From assembly GCA_000025185.1 (NCBI GenBank), contig CP001848.1:5730001-5762000 (forward strand): DNA of 32,000 nt. The letters are read 5' to 3'. How positions within the stretch are numbered: position 1 is the first letter of the stretch; each line of letters begins with the position of its first letter. A program made the position numbers and the translations under genes. Source of the stretch: Pirellula staleyi DSM 6068. GTDB lineage: Bacteria; Planctomycetota; Planctomycetia; Pirellulales; Pirellulaceae. Below the pieces are notes generated by a model that was not told the origin of the DNA, made no database searches, and worked only from the letters and a program-made list of their open reading frames with translations. Shown piece by piece: positions 15,345-25,870 of this stretch.

Positions 15345-15971
15345 ATGGCAAGCAAACGGAAGTCGGTTAAGTCATTCGACACCGGTCGCACCCACTTGGG
15401 ACACGTGTATGCCAAGGCTCTCTTGGCCGCTACCGAGAAACAAGGTGCTACCGAGCAAGTGCTCGAAGAGCTTCGCGCGCTCGTCACTCAGGTTCTCGAC
15501 AAGGTTCCGCAGATCGAAGCTGTAATGTCATCGCCGCGCATCTCTCATACCGATCGCATCGGCATGATTGATCGCTCGCTCGGTGGCAAGGTACATCCGC
15601 TGCTCCTGAACTTGCTTCGCGTCCTTTCGCTACACACCCGTGGCGATTGCTTGCGACATGTCCTCGATGCAGCCGAACATCAGTACAACGTGCTTCGCGG
15701 TCGACTCGAAGTTTTGCTCACCACGGCAGCACCTCTCTCGCCTAAAACCGAGAAGGCAATCATCGCGCGACTCGAAAAGCAACTCGGCCAAACCGTGCTG
15801 CTGAAAACGGCTGTCGACGACGATTTGCTGGGGGGCATGGTGGTTCGGATCGGCGATACCGTGTTCGACGGCAGCGTTGCCACGCGGCTAAAGACCATGA
15901 AGACGGTCGCCCTCGAACACACGACCCAAAAGATCCGCGATTCCCTCGATCGCTTTGCCATTTCGCAGTAA
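15345..15971 (+). CDS. atpH: F1 ATP synthase subunit delta (OSCP)
   Basis: It occupies the position between atpF and atpA. The OSCP-like C-terminus reads ...DDDLLGGMVVRIGDTVFDGSVATRLKTMK... Confidence 0.88.
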   Translation: MASKRKSVKSFDTGRTHLGHVYAKALLAATEKQGATEQVLEELRALVTQVLDKVPQIEAVMSSPRISHTDRIGMIDRSLGGKVHPLLLNLLRVLSLHTRGDCLRHVLDAAEHQYNVLRGRLEVLLTTAAPLSPKTEKAIIARLEKQLGQTVLLKTAVDDDLLGGMVVRIGDTVFDGSVATRLKTMKTVALEHTTQKIRDSLDRFAISQ

Positions 15972-16117
15972 GCATCGCCCCCGCTTTCGCCCATAGTCAT
16001 CGCGTTGCTCAACGCATCGCAATAAACGTATCCCCTCCGGAGAGATTCTTTCCAAGTTCGAACTTCCCTCGTCACACAGGTGATCGCGAAGACTTCGCTT
16101 GGAATTAGAGGTTGATC

Positions 16118-17632
<1,515 letters not shown>

Positions 17633-17670
17633 GCCCTCTTCGTTCTACGTAACCAGGGAGATCACGACAG

Positions 17671-18045
17671 ATGGCATCGCCGGAAATGAAACCCAGTGAA
17701 ACACCGCCGTCGTATCTCCCGAGTAGCGACGAGCGAATGTGGGGGCTACTCGCACACCTTTCGCCCCTGATTGCTTCGGGCATGGGTTTGCCGTTTTTGG
17801 GTCCCCTGATCATTTGGCTCATTAAGAAAGACGAGTCTCCTTTCATTGCTGATCAAGCGAAGGAAGCCCTCAACTTTCAGATCGCCGTTTTGCTGGCTGT
17901 GATGATTTGTGCGGCCACTGTGATTGGAATTCTGCTGTTGCCTATCGTTGCTGTAGGTGCGTTGATCTACAGCATCATGGCGGCGATGGAAGCCAACAAA
18001 GGGGTTTATTACCGTTACCCGTACACCCTGCGATTCATCAAGTAA
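17671..18045 (+). CDS. DUF4870-family small membrane protein embedded in the atp operon
   Basis: ERMWGLLAHLSPLI...LGPLIIWLIKKDESPFIADQAKEALNFQIAVLL matches the DUF4870 signature (W..L.HLS...P.I.WL.K...S.F....AKEALNFQI). It has 3-4 TM helices and lies 38 nt after the atpA stop. Confidence 0.75.
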   Translation: MASPEMKPSETPPSYLPSSDERMWGLLAHLSPLIASGMGLPFLGPLIIWLIKKDESPFIADQAKEALNFQIAVLLAVMICAATVIGILLLPIVAVGALIYSIMAAMEANKGVYYRYPYTLRFIK

Positions 18046-18170
18046 CGTTTTTAACCGTCACAAGTTGTTAAGCAGCCTGTAAGCCGAGCGAAGCGTCCCC
18101 GAACATTACCAGCGAGTCTTCTCTGCACGATTTCTCCCTGGCAACTTGCAAGATATTGGTTTAGGCACTC

Positions 18171-19061
18171 ATGGCCAAAGCACGAGCACTCGATAAACGA
18201 CGCAAGAGCATCCGCAACATCCGCAAGATCACGCGGACGATGGAGCTCATTGCCACGGCTCGCTTCAAAAAGGCGATGGACCGTGCCACTGCAGCCACGG
18301 CTTACACCCGGCGGATCACGCAAGTGGTTTCGGACCTGGCTGGCAGCGGTCTGAAGGTGACACATCCGCTGCTCGATCCGCGCCCCACCACCAACGCGGC
18401 CACGCTGCTGGTGCTAACGGCCAATCGCGGCCTCTGCGGCGGCTATAACGCCAGTGTGATTCGTCAAGCATTGGCCCGCCAAATTGAACTCTCTTCGACC
18501 CTTCCCTCGCTCGCGCTCGAAGTGAGTGGCAAGCGTGGTATCGGGGCGTTTAAGTTCCGCAAAATCCCGGTCAACATCAGCTACACTCAGTTCGAAGATC
18601 AGCCAAGCTTTGAAGCGGTCGAGCAGATCGCCAATCGCTACCTCGAAGCCTACACCAGCGGCAAACTCGACAAGCTGGAAGTGGTCTACACGAAGTTCGT
18701 GAATGCTTCGAAGCAAATCGCAGTGACCGAGACCCTTCTGCCTCTGGGATCGCTCGCCACGGGCGATGCTAAAAGTGATGAGAAGCCCTCCTCGGGCGAA
18801 TCGATGTACGAGTTCCTTCCCTCGGCCGAGAGCATTTTGGAAGAGGTGGTTCCTTCGAGCTTCAAGGTGAAGCTTTTCAAGTGCTTCCTCGATGCTGCTG
18901 TGAGCGAACAAATCGCCCGCATGGTCGCCATGAAGTCGGCCACGCAAAACGCCAGCGACATGATCAAGCAACTCTCGATGACCTACAACCGCGCTCGTCA
19001 GTCGCAAATTACTGGCGAAATCATGGAAATCATCGGTGGTGTGGAAGCCTTGCAGAAGTAA
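18171..19061 (+). CDS. atpG: F1 ATP synthase subunit gamma
   Basis: The N-terminus reads KRRKSIRNIRKITRTMELIATARFKKA. The C-terminus reads NRARQSQITGEIMEIIGGVEAL. Both are typical of gamma. Confidence 0.95.
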   Translation: MAKARALDKRRKSIRNIRKITRTMELIATARFKKAMDRATAATAYTRRITQVVSDLAGSGLKVTHPLLDPRPTTNAATLLVLTANRGLCGGYNASVIRQALARQIELSSTLPSLALEVSGKRGIGAFKFRKIPVNISYTQFEDQPSFEAVEQIANRYLEAYTSGKLDKLEVVYTKFVNASKQIAVTETLLPLGSLATGDAKSDEKPSSGESMYEFLPSAESILEEVVPSSFKVKLFKCFLDAAVSEQIARMVAMKSATQNASDMIKQLSMTYNRARQSQITGEIMEIIGGVEALQK

Positions 19062-20627
<1,566 letters not shown>

Positions 20628-20738
20628 TTCGTCTGCAACGTAGTTTGCGGTCTTGTTTTAAGAAGTCGCCCGGCATCGCCCAGCATGTGATGCCGGCTGC
20701 TCTGTTCCCTGATCCGTCGTAAAGAAGTAGAAGCGGCC

Positions 20739-21137
20739 ATGGCTAGCACCATCAAGTGCCTGGTAGTCACTCCCGAACAAACAGCCCTCGACCAGGATGC
20801 TGAGTTCGTTGCGCTCCCGCTTTACGACGGTGAACTGGGTGTCGCTCCGGGCCATAGCCCGATGATTGGCCGGCTCGGTTATGGACAGCTGCGGATTCGG
20901 ACGGCGAGCGGCACGACGTCGATGTACCTCGACGGCGGTTTCGTGCAAGTGAACAACAATGTGGTGAGCATTCTCACCAGCCGAGCGGTTCCCGCAACCA
21001 GCCTCGACAAGCAGGCGATCGAGAAGCAAATCGAAGCAGCGTCGAAACTTCCGATCCTTACGGACGAGCAACTCGACGTTCGCGAACGTCGTCTGGCGCA
21101 GGCCCGTGCTCAGCTTCGCGTGGCCCGCGCCCGCTAA
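20739..21137 (+). CDS. atpC: F1 ATP synthase subunit epsilon
   Basis: The beta-sandwich N-terminus reads LKCLVVTPEQ...VALPLYDGELGVAPGHSPMIGRLGYGQLRIR. A helical C-terminus follows. It is the last gene of the operon. Confidence 0.92.
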   Translation: MASTIKCLVVTPEQTALDQDAEFVALPLYDGELGVAPGHSPMIGRLGYGQLRIRTASGTTSMYLDGGFVQVNNNVVSILTSRAVPATSLDKQAIEKQIEAASKLPILTDEQLDVRERRLAQARAQLRVARAR

Positions 21138-21321
21138 GTCGATTTCCGCCTGAAGTTCCGCTCGTAACAGCGCGCGGGAAATTCGGCGCGACAATTCAGC
21201 TGCAAATCTTGAGCAGCAATTCACCCGGCATCCCCCGCGCGGCCGATGATTTTCATTGGCTGCTGGTCGTCGCCCCCTCTTCTCTTTGCGACGATTTTTT
21301 GCGCAGCGAAAGGATTCGCCA

Positions 21322-21957
21322 ATGCCTGCAAAAACTATGCGCATCGATGGTTCGCACTCCTCCCAACCGAATAATCGGCAAGGTTCAGCAGACTCCGTCG
21401 CTGCCAAGCCGGTGGCTCTCGAAATTCTGCGTGGTAAAGCACGTAGTTTGGTGCGAGAAGTTCACAGCCCAGTCTTTTTGATTGGCTCGGCCAGCGACTG
21501 CGACCTGGTGCTGGGAGACAAATCGTTTCCCGATGCCTACGCCTATCTCTATTTGAATGCTAGCGGCATTTCGATTCGCTACCTGGGGGAAGGTCCCCAG
21601 CTGCTGGTCAACGATCAGCCGGTCGAAGGGAGCCCGCTAGCAGTCGGAGATCGGCTGGAGATGGGGATTTTCGAATTCCGTCTCGCTGAGATTCACACAA
21701 GCAAGCCAGCTGGCGACGATCGCCCGACACCCGCGATGGCGCGCAGTGAAAGCCGATCGTCGAGCACAAAGGCTTCGACCGCTGGCCAGATCTCCGCGAT
21801 TGCCCAGGTGCGCGAGCTGATGCTCGATATTCGCCGAGAAATGGCCGCCAAGCATGCCACGCTTCGGCTCTATCTCGGTCCTAACATCGACGTCACCAGC
21901 GAGCAGCCGAAACTGGCCCCACGCCCCTTCACGCAGCAGCTGCGAGCCTCGGCTTAA
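21322..21957 (+). CDS. FHA domain-containing protein
   Basis: The FHA core reads PVFLIGSASDCDLVLGDKSFPDAYAYLYLNASGISIRYLGEGPQLLVNDQPVEGSPLAVGDRLEMGIFEFRL. The C-terminal half is Ser-rich and disordered. I chose the start at ATG 21322; the tracked ORF begins at 21256. Confidence 0.8.
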   Translation: MPAKTMRIDGSHSSQPNNRQGSADSVAAKPVALEILRGKARSLVREVHSPVFLIGSASDCDLVLGDKSFPDAYAYLYLNASGISIRYLGEGPQLLVNDQPVEGSPLAVGDRLEMGIFEFRLAEIHTSKPAGDDRPTPAMARSESRSSSTKASTAGQISAIAQVRELMLDIRREMAAKHATLRLYLGPNIDVTSEQPKLAPRPFTQQLRASA

Positions 21958-22138
21958 GTGCCACGAGGAATCGCAGCAGCTCCCAAACTGCATAAAACTA
22001 ATCAGGAATTGCTAAACAAGCGTTTAACAACTTTGGCGTAGTTCCTTACGAACATTTCCCAACTTTTGAGCCACTTACGGAAGAAGTTCTCACGAGTTCT
22101 TACAAAAAACCGCTCCTCGTTCGACAAGCGAGCTAGTC

Positions 22139-22414
22139 ATGTCGCTCTTGCAACCTCAAGTGGTTGGAATCATCGCCATTAGTAGCGATCCCGCTCCACT
22201 TGCGCCTTGCGAAGGGCCGATCGACTCGCTGCTGGCGAGTTTGGTCGAGCTGCGACATGCCACGCCTGCGACCGTGAAAGAGGAGCCGCAGGTGATCGTT
22301 GCACGAGGGAAATGGAGTCGCGCCGCCCAGCCAGGGGCCGATGTGACGATAGGGGCCGATCTCGATGAGCTACGCTCCGAGCTGCTGGCCGAATACCAGC
22401 GGCTCCGGCGATAA
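22139..22414 (+). CDS. small hypothetical protein (91 aa)
   Basis: The ATG ORF is preceded by a noticeably AT-richer 180-nt spacer. Amino-acid composition is ordinary (MSLLQPQVVGIIAISSDP...DLDELRSELLAEYQRLRR). I see no recognisable motif. It converges with the downstream SPFH gene. Confidence 0.4.
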   Translation: MSLLQPQVVGIIAISSDPAPLAPCEGPIDSLLASLVELRHATPATVKEEPQVIVARGKWSRAAQPGADVTIGADLDELRSELLAEYQRLRR

Positions 22415-22449
22415 ATCACCAAGCGATCGCTCGCGACATTCATTGCGCA

Positions 22450-24084
22450 CTAGCGAGGCTGCTGCTGCGGCGCGACTGCCTTGGGCTTGGGGGCAGGCTG
22501 TGGCGCGGCAAGTGGCAACGTCGGCTGAATTCCCTTGAGATCGGTCCACAAGGTCCCTTCGCCAGCGTAGAGCAATTGCAGCTGGATGTTGTCGGGCAGA
22601 TTCTCGGCGAATTGCCACTGCGAGTAGGCGGTGGCAGAACCAAACGCCTTCACGGCCAACTCAAACTGCTGCGATTCTGCTTCAGCCAACTGCTGAGCTG
22701 CGGTCGCCTTCGCTTTACCGAGCAATTCGGTTTTCTTGGCGTCGAACTCGGCAATTTTCGACTCGATGGCGGCGACTTGCTGCTCGGTTTCTGCAGCGAT
22801 TTCCCCCACCTTACGTTCCCCTTCGGCGATCGTCGAGGCGACCAGCTTGGCAGTTTCGACCCGCACTTTTTCGGCCTCTTGCAGCACCTTCTTTTCGGCT
22901 TCGCGAAGAATACCTTCCTCGGTCTTGGTGGTCCGTTCTTCCTCGCGCGTGATCGTAAGTTCGTCGGCGATATAGCCACGCTGCAGTGGAATACGAACTT
23001 CCTTCGGGATGTAGATGTGACGAACAAGGCCGTACATCAGCGTCAGTTTCTTCTCGGTGAGGACTTTGTCGAAGTCGGCTGTCACACCTTCCTGAAACAC
23101 TTGTCGCGACTCACCCACTAGCAGCGCGTTAGCACCTACTTTGCTGCCGTTGTTGCGGCAAATGCTCTCGGCTTGCGGGAGAATCACTTTCTGCTCGACC
23201 GCCTGAATGCTGCCGAAGGTGCGCACCACTTCCGGTGCATCTTGCGGCATGACGCCCCAGACTGCTGTGAAGTCGAGCTGAATCTCAAAACCGTCGTTCG
23301 AAGGAAAGTTGATCCCCGAATCTTCCATCGCTTCGGGTTCGCCACTTTCGTCGACCTTGTACGAGCCATCGGCCAGTTTGATCTTATCGGTTTCGATACT
23401 CGTTTCGCGAAAACCGACTTCCACCACATCGACCTGCTGTTCTTCAGGATTGATGGGATAGATCCCAGGTGGAAGGACTTTGTCTTGCACGCCGGAGCCC
23501 CGCTTGGCCAGCACGTTATCGACGTTGTTCGTGACGACACCGACATAGCCGGCGGGAATCTGCACCCAACCCGAGAGTTTGTTGCGTCCCCCCGATTCGC
23601 GCAGTTCGGTGTTCACCTTTTTGTGATTGAAAGCAAACGGATTGATTCGGTAGCGTCCCGGACCAAGCACTTTGCGCAAGATTCCTTGCTGCGTGGCGCG
23701 ATTCGGACCCGAGAGTTCGCCATCGACAACAAATTGTCCCGGAGGTGGCTGTTCGCCCATTAAGCTCGTCACGATCGCAACTTCGCCGGGAAACACCATC
23801 ACATCGTCGACGAGCGTTCGTTCCCACCAGATGGGACAGTAGAAGTGTCGTCCCGGTCCGCGCAGCTGTTCGAGCACGCCGACCTCTTTTCCAGGTTCGG
23901 CAAACTGGCCAGGCGCCGCTGGTTTAGCGGAACCAAAGATGAGGGGGCCTTTGTAGCGAAGCATCAAGCTTTGCCCCTCGCGAACGTAGATGCAGTTCAG
24001 CGTCATGTGGACCATACCACCGACGATGAAGAGCGCGATGGCGGCAAAAACTCCACCGACGATCAGGCGATTGCGATTGAACAT
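22450..24084 (-). CDS. SPFH/band-7 family membrane protein (544 aa), paralog B
   Basis: It has an N-terminal TM (LIVGGVFAAIALFIVGGMVHM), a repeated PG-x-Y-x-x-NP motif and an SPFH-like core (FPSNDGFEIQLDFTAVWGV...). A long Ala/Glu/Lys coiled-coil and a Pro/Ala/Gln tail follow. It aligns by eye along its length with the upstream paralog. Confidence 0.85.
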   Translation of the reverse strand: MFNRNRLIVGGVFAAIALFIVGGMVHMTLNCIYVREGQSLMLRYKGPLIFGSAKPAAPGQFAEPGKEVGVLEQLRGPGRHFYCPIWWERTLVDDVMVFPGEVAIVTSLMGEQPPPGQFVVDGELSGPNRATQQGILRKVLGPGRYRINPFAFNHKKVNTELRESGGRNKLSGWVQIPAGYVGVVTNNVDNVLAKRGSGVQDKVLPPGIYPINPEEQQVDVVEVGFRETSIETDKIKLADGSYKVDESGEPEAMEDSGINFPSNDGFEIQLDFTAVWGVMPQDAPEVVRTFGSIQAVEQKVILPQAESICRNNGSKVGANALLVGESRQVFQEGVTADFDKVLTEKKLTLMYGLVRHIYIPKEVRIPLQRGYIADELTITREEERTTKTEEGILREAEKKVLQEAEKVRVETAKLVASTIAEGERKVGEIAAETEQQVAAIESKIAEFDAKKTELLGKAKATAAQQLAEAESQQFELAVKAFGSATAYSQWQFAENLPDNIQLQLLYAGEGTLWTDLKGIQPTLPLAAPQPAPKPKAVAPQQQPR

Positions 24085-24154
24085 AAGTCACTCGGCTCTG
24101 TATTGAATCGGGCACGCTGGCCCGGCACTAGCTGAAATTTGCGAAAGACCACTT

Positions 24155-25750
24155 CTACTTGGCAGCTTCTTCTACGGGGGCTGTCGGCTCTTTGGGCGGG
24201 CGGGGCGACTGCTGATACTGCTTGAAGATTTCCATGATCGGGCTGTCAGCGGTGTTCACCATCAGGCTGCGAAAGGCGGGGGCCAATTTGCGGAGCATCA
24301 CCATGCGGGCATACTCGTCCCCATCGCCACCAAAGGCGTCGACCGCTTTCTTCCAACCAGCCGCCGAGGCTTCGTTGTTGAACTCGATCACACGTGCGTC
24401 GGCAGCACCACGAGCCACGGTGGCCGCAGCGATGTCGGTGGCAGCTTGCATGCCAAGTTCAGCCACTTTCAGCCGCTTGTTGGCTTCAATCAGGGCAATT
24501 TCCTGGGCCTGCTCGGCCTCGGTGGTGATCTTGATGACTTTCTGTTCAGCCTGCACCATCTGCTGCTTGCGATCGTTCATTTCAGTCTCGATGGCGAGCT
24601 GTTTTTCCGACTCTTGCTGCAGCAGTTCGCGGCTGTACTGCTGGCGCTGTTCGATCGCGATTTGCCGTGTCCGAACCGGTTCGGCAATCTGCTGCGGTGG
24701 ATAGATCTTGGTGATCAAGGCCTGCACGATCTCGATCCCTTGCGACTCGCAGGCGACTTCCATCGCCTTTTGGAATTCCTCTTGGAACTTCGTGCGCGTA
24801 TCGCCCGAGATGAAGTCCTTGCCGGCGTAGTCCGAGCCTTTCAGGCGACAGAAAGCACGAGCATTAGGAAGCACCACCTTCTTGATGATTTCCTTATCGA
24901 TCGCCGTGCCGTTCATGTCGTTATCGAGTTCGTTGTAGAGCACAAAGACGTGGGCTGCTTCTTCGGGCTTCACACGAAACTCGATGATGCCATCGAGCGT
25001 GACCCAGAAGCCATCCTTCGAAGGAAATCCCATATCGCCATCTTCACCGAGGTTGAATCGCTGGCTCCGGCAGTCGACGAGATTGATGCTCGTGACATAG
25101 GGATTTACAGCGTGCGTTTTGGCGTCGAGCGATTCGGCCTCGACACCACGTTTGCCAGGCTCGGTGAGCAGTTTGTTGGGATCGGTCGGCAGCTCACCTG
25201 CCAGATTGGTTTTCACACCTCGAAAGCCGGCGGGAACTTGGACTGGATCGTGCAGCTCGATGTACTCGGCATAGTTTTCGCGGTCGGGTGGTGTGGTCCC
25301 TTTGACCCAGGCATTGATGGCATAGCGACCGGGGACTAAGACATCGGGGACAATCCCCTTCTCGGTATCTTTCCAAGCAATCACTTCGCCGTAGGGTGGA
25401 TCGTCGCCATACAGACGCACGCGCACGCCGATTTTGCCCTTGGGAACTTCAATCTGAGGAATCACTTCCCAGTCCCAGAACCACGGATTGCGAAAGTGGC
25501 GTCCTTCTCCCAGCACCTCGAGTTGCACCCCTTTGTATTCGGGGGTTGGCGCAATCTCGGCATCGTTGGGGAGATCCTTCCCCGTTTTTTTGGTCAGGAC
25601 CGCCATGTGATAGGTGGGAACCTCGATGCGGCACATCGAGTAGTAAAAGAAGGCCAGCAGAAGCAGTGAAACGAGGATCGCAGCGCCACCAGCATAAAAA
25701 AGAAAGCTGGTGCCACCGTTCTCGAACTGCTGAGCAATACTCTTGCGCAT
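24155..25750 (-). CDS. SPFH/band-7 family membrane protein (531 aa), paralog A
   Basis: It has an N-terminal TM (FLFYAGGAAILVSLLLLAFFYY), ...GEGRHFRNPWFWDWEVI..., an SPFH-like core (FPSKDGFWVTLDGIIEFRV...) and a coiled-coil (QQESEKQLAIETEMNDRKQQMVQAEQKVIKITTEAEQAQEIALIEANKRLKVAE). It lies 70 nt upstream of paralog B on the same strand. Confidence 0.85.
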   Translation of the reverse strand: MRKSIAQQFENGGTSFLFYAGGAAILVSLLLLAFFYYSMCRIEVPTYHMAVLTKKTGKDLPNDAEIAPTPEYKGVQLEVLGEGRHFRNPWFWDWEVIPQIEVPKGKIGVRVRLYGDDPPYGEVIAWKDTEKGIVPDVLVPGRYAINAWVKGTTPPDRENYAEYIELHDPVQVPAGFRGVKTNLAGELPTDPNKLLTEPGKRGVEAESLDAKTHAVNPYVTSINLVDCRSQRFNLGEDGDMGFPSKDGFWVTLDGIIEFRVKPEEAAHVFVLYNELDNDMNGTAIDKEIIKKVVLPNARAFCRLKGSDYAGKDFISGDTRTKFQEEFQKAMEVACESQGIEIVQALITKIYPPQQIAEPVRTRQIAIEQRQQYSRELLQQESEKQLAIETEMNDRKQQMVQAEQKVIKITTEAEQAQEIALIEANKRLKVAELGMQAATDIAAATVARGAADARVIEFNNEASAAGWKKAVDAFGGDGDEYARMVMLRKLAPAFRSLMVNTADSPIMEIFKQYQQSPRPPKEPTAPVEEAAK

Positions 25751-25870
25751 AGGACCGACTCGCCCTGGGGTGAGTGAATTGAGCTACAGTTTCCTACCAC
25801 CGGTAATTCGGATGGCAACGAGAAACCTTGCAGATTCTCGATAAGTTTATGGATTGGGACGACATTAGGT

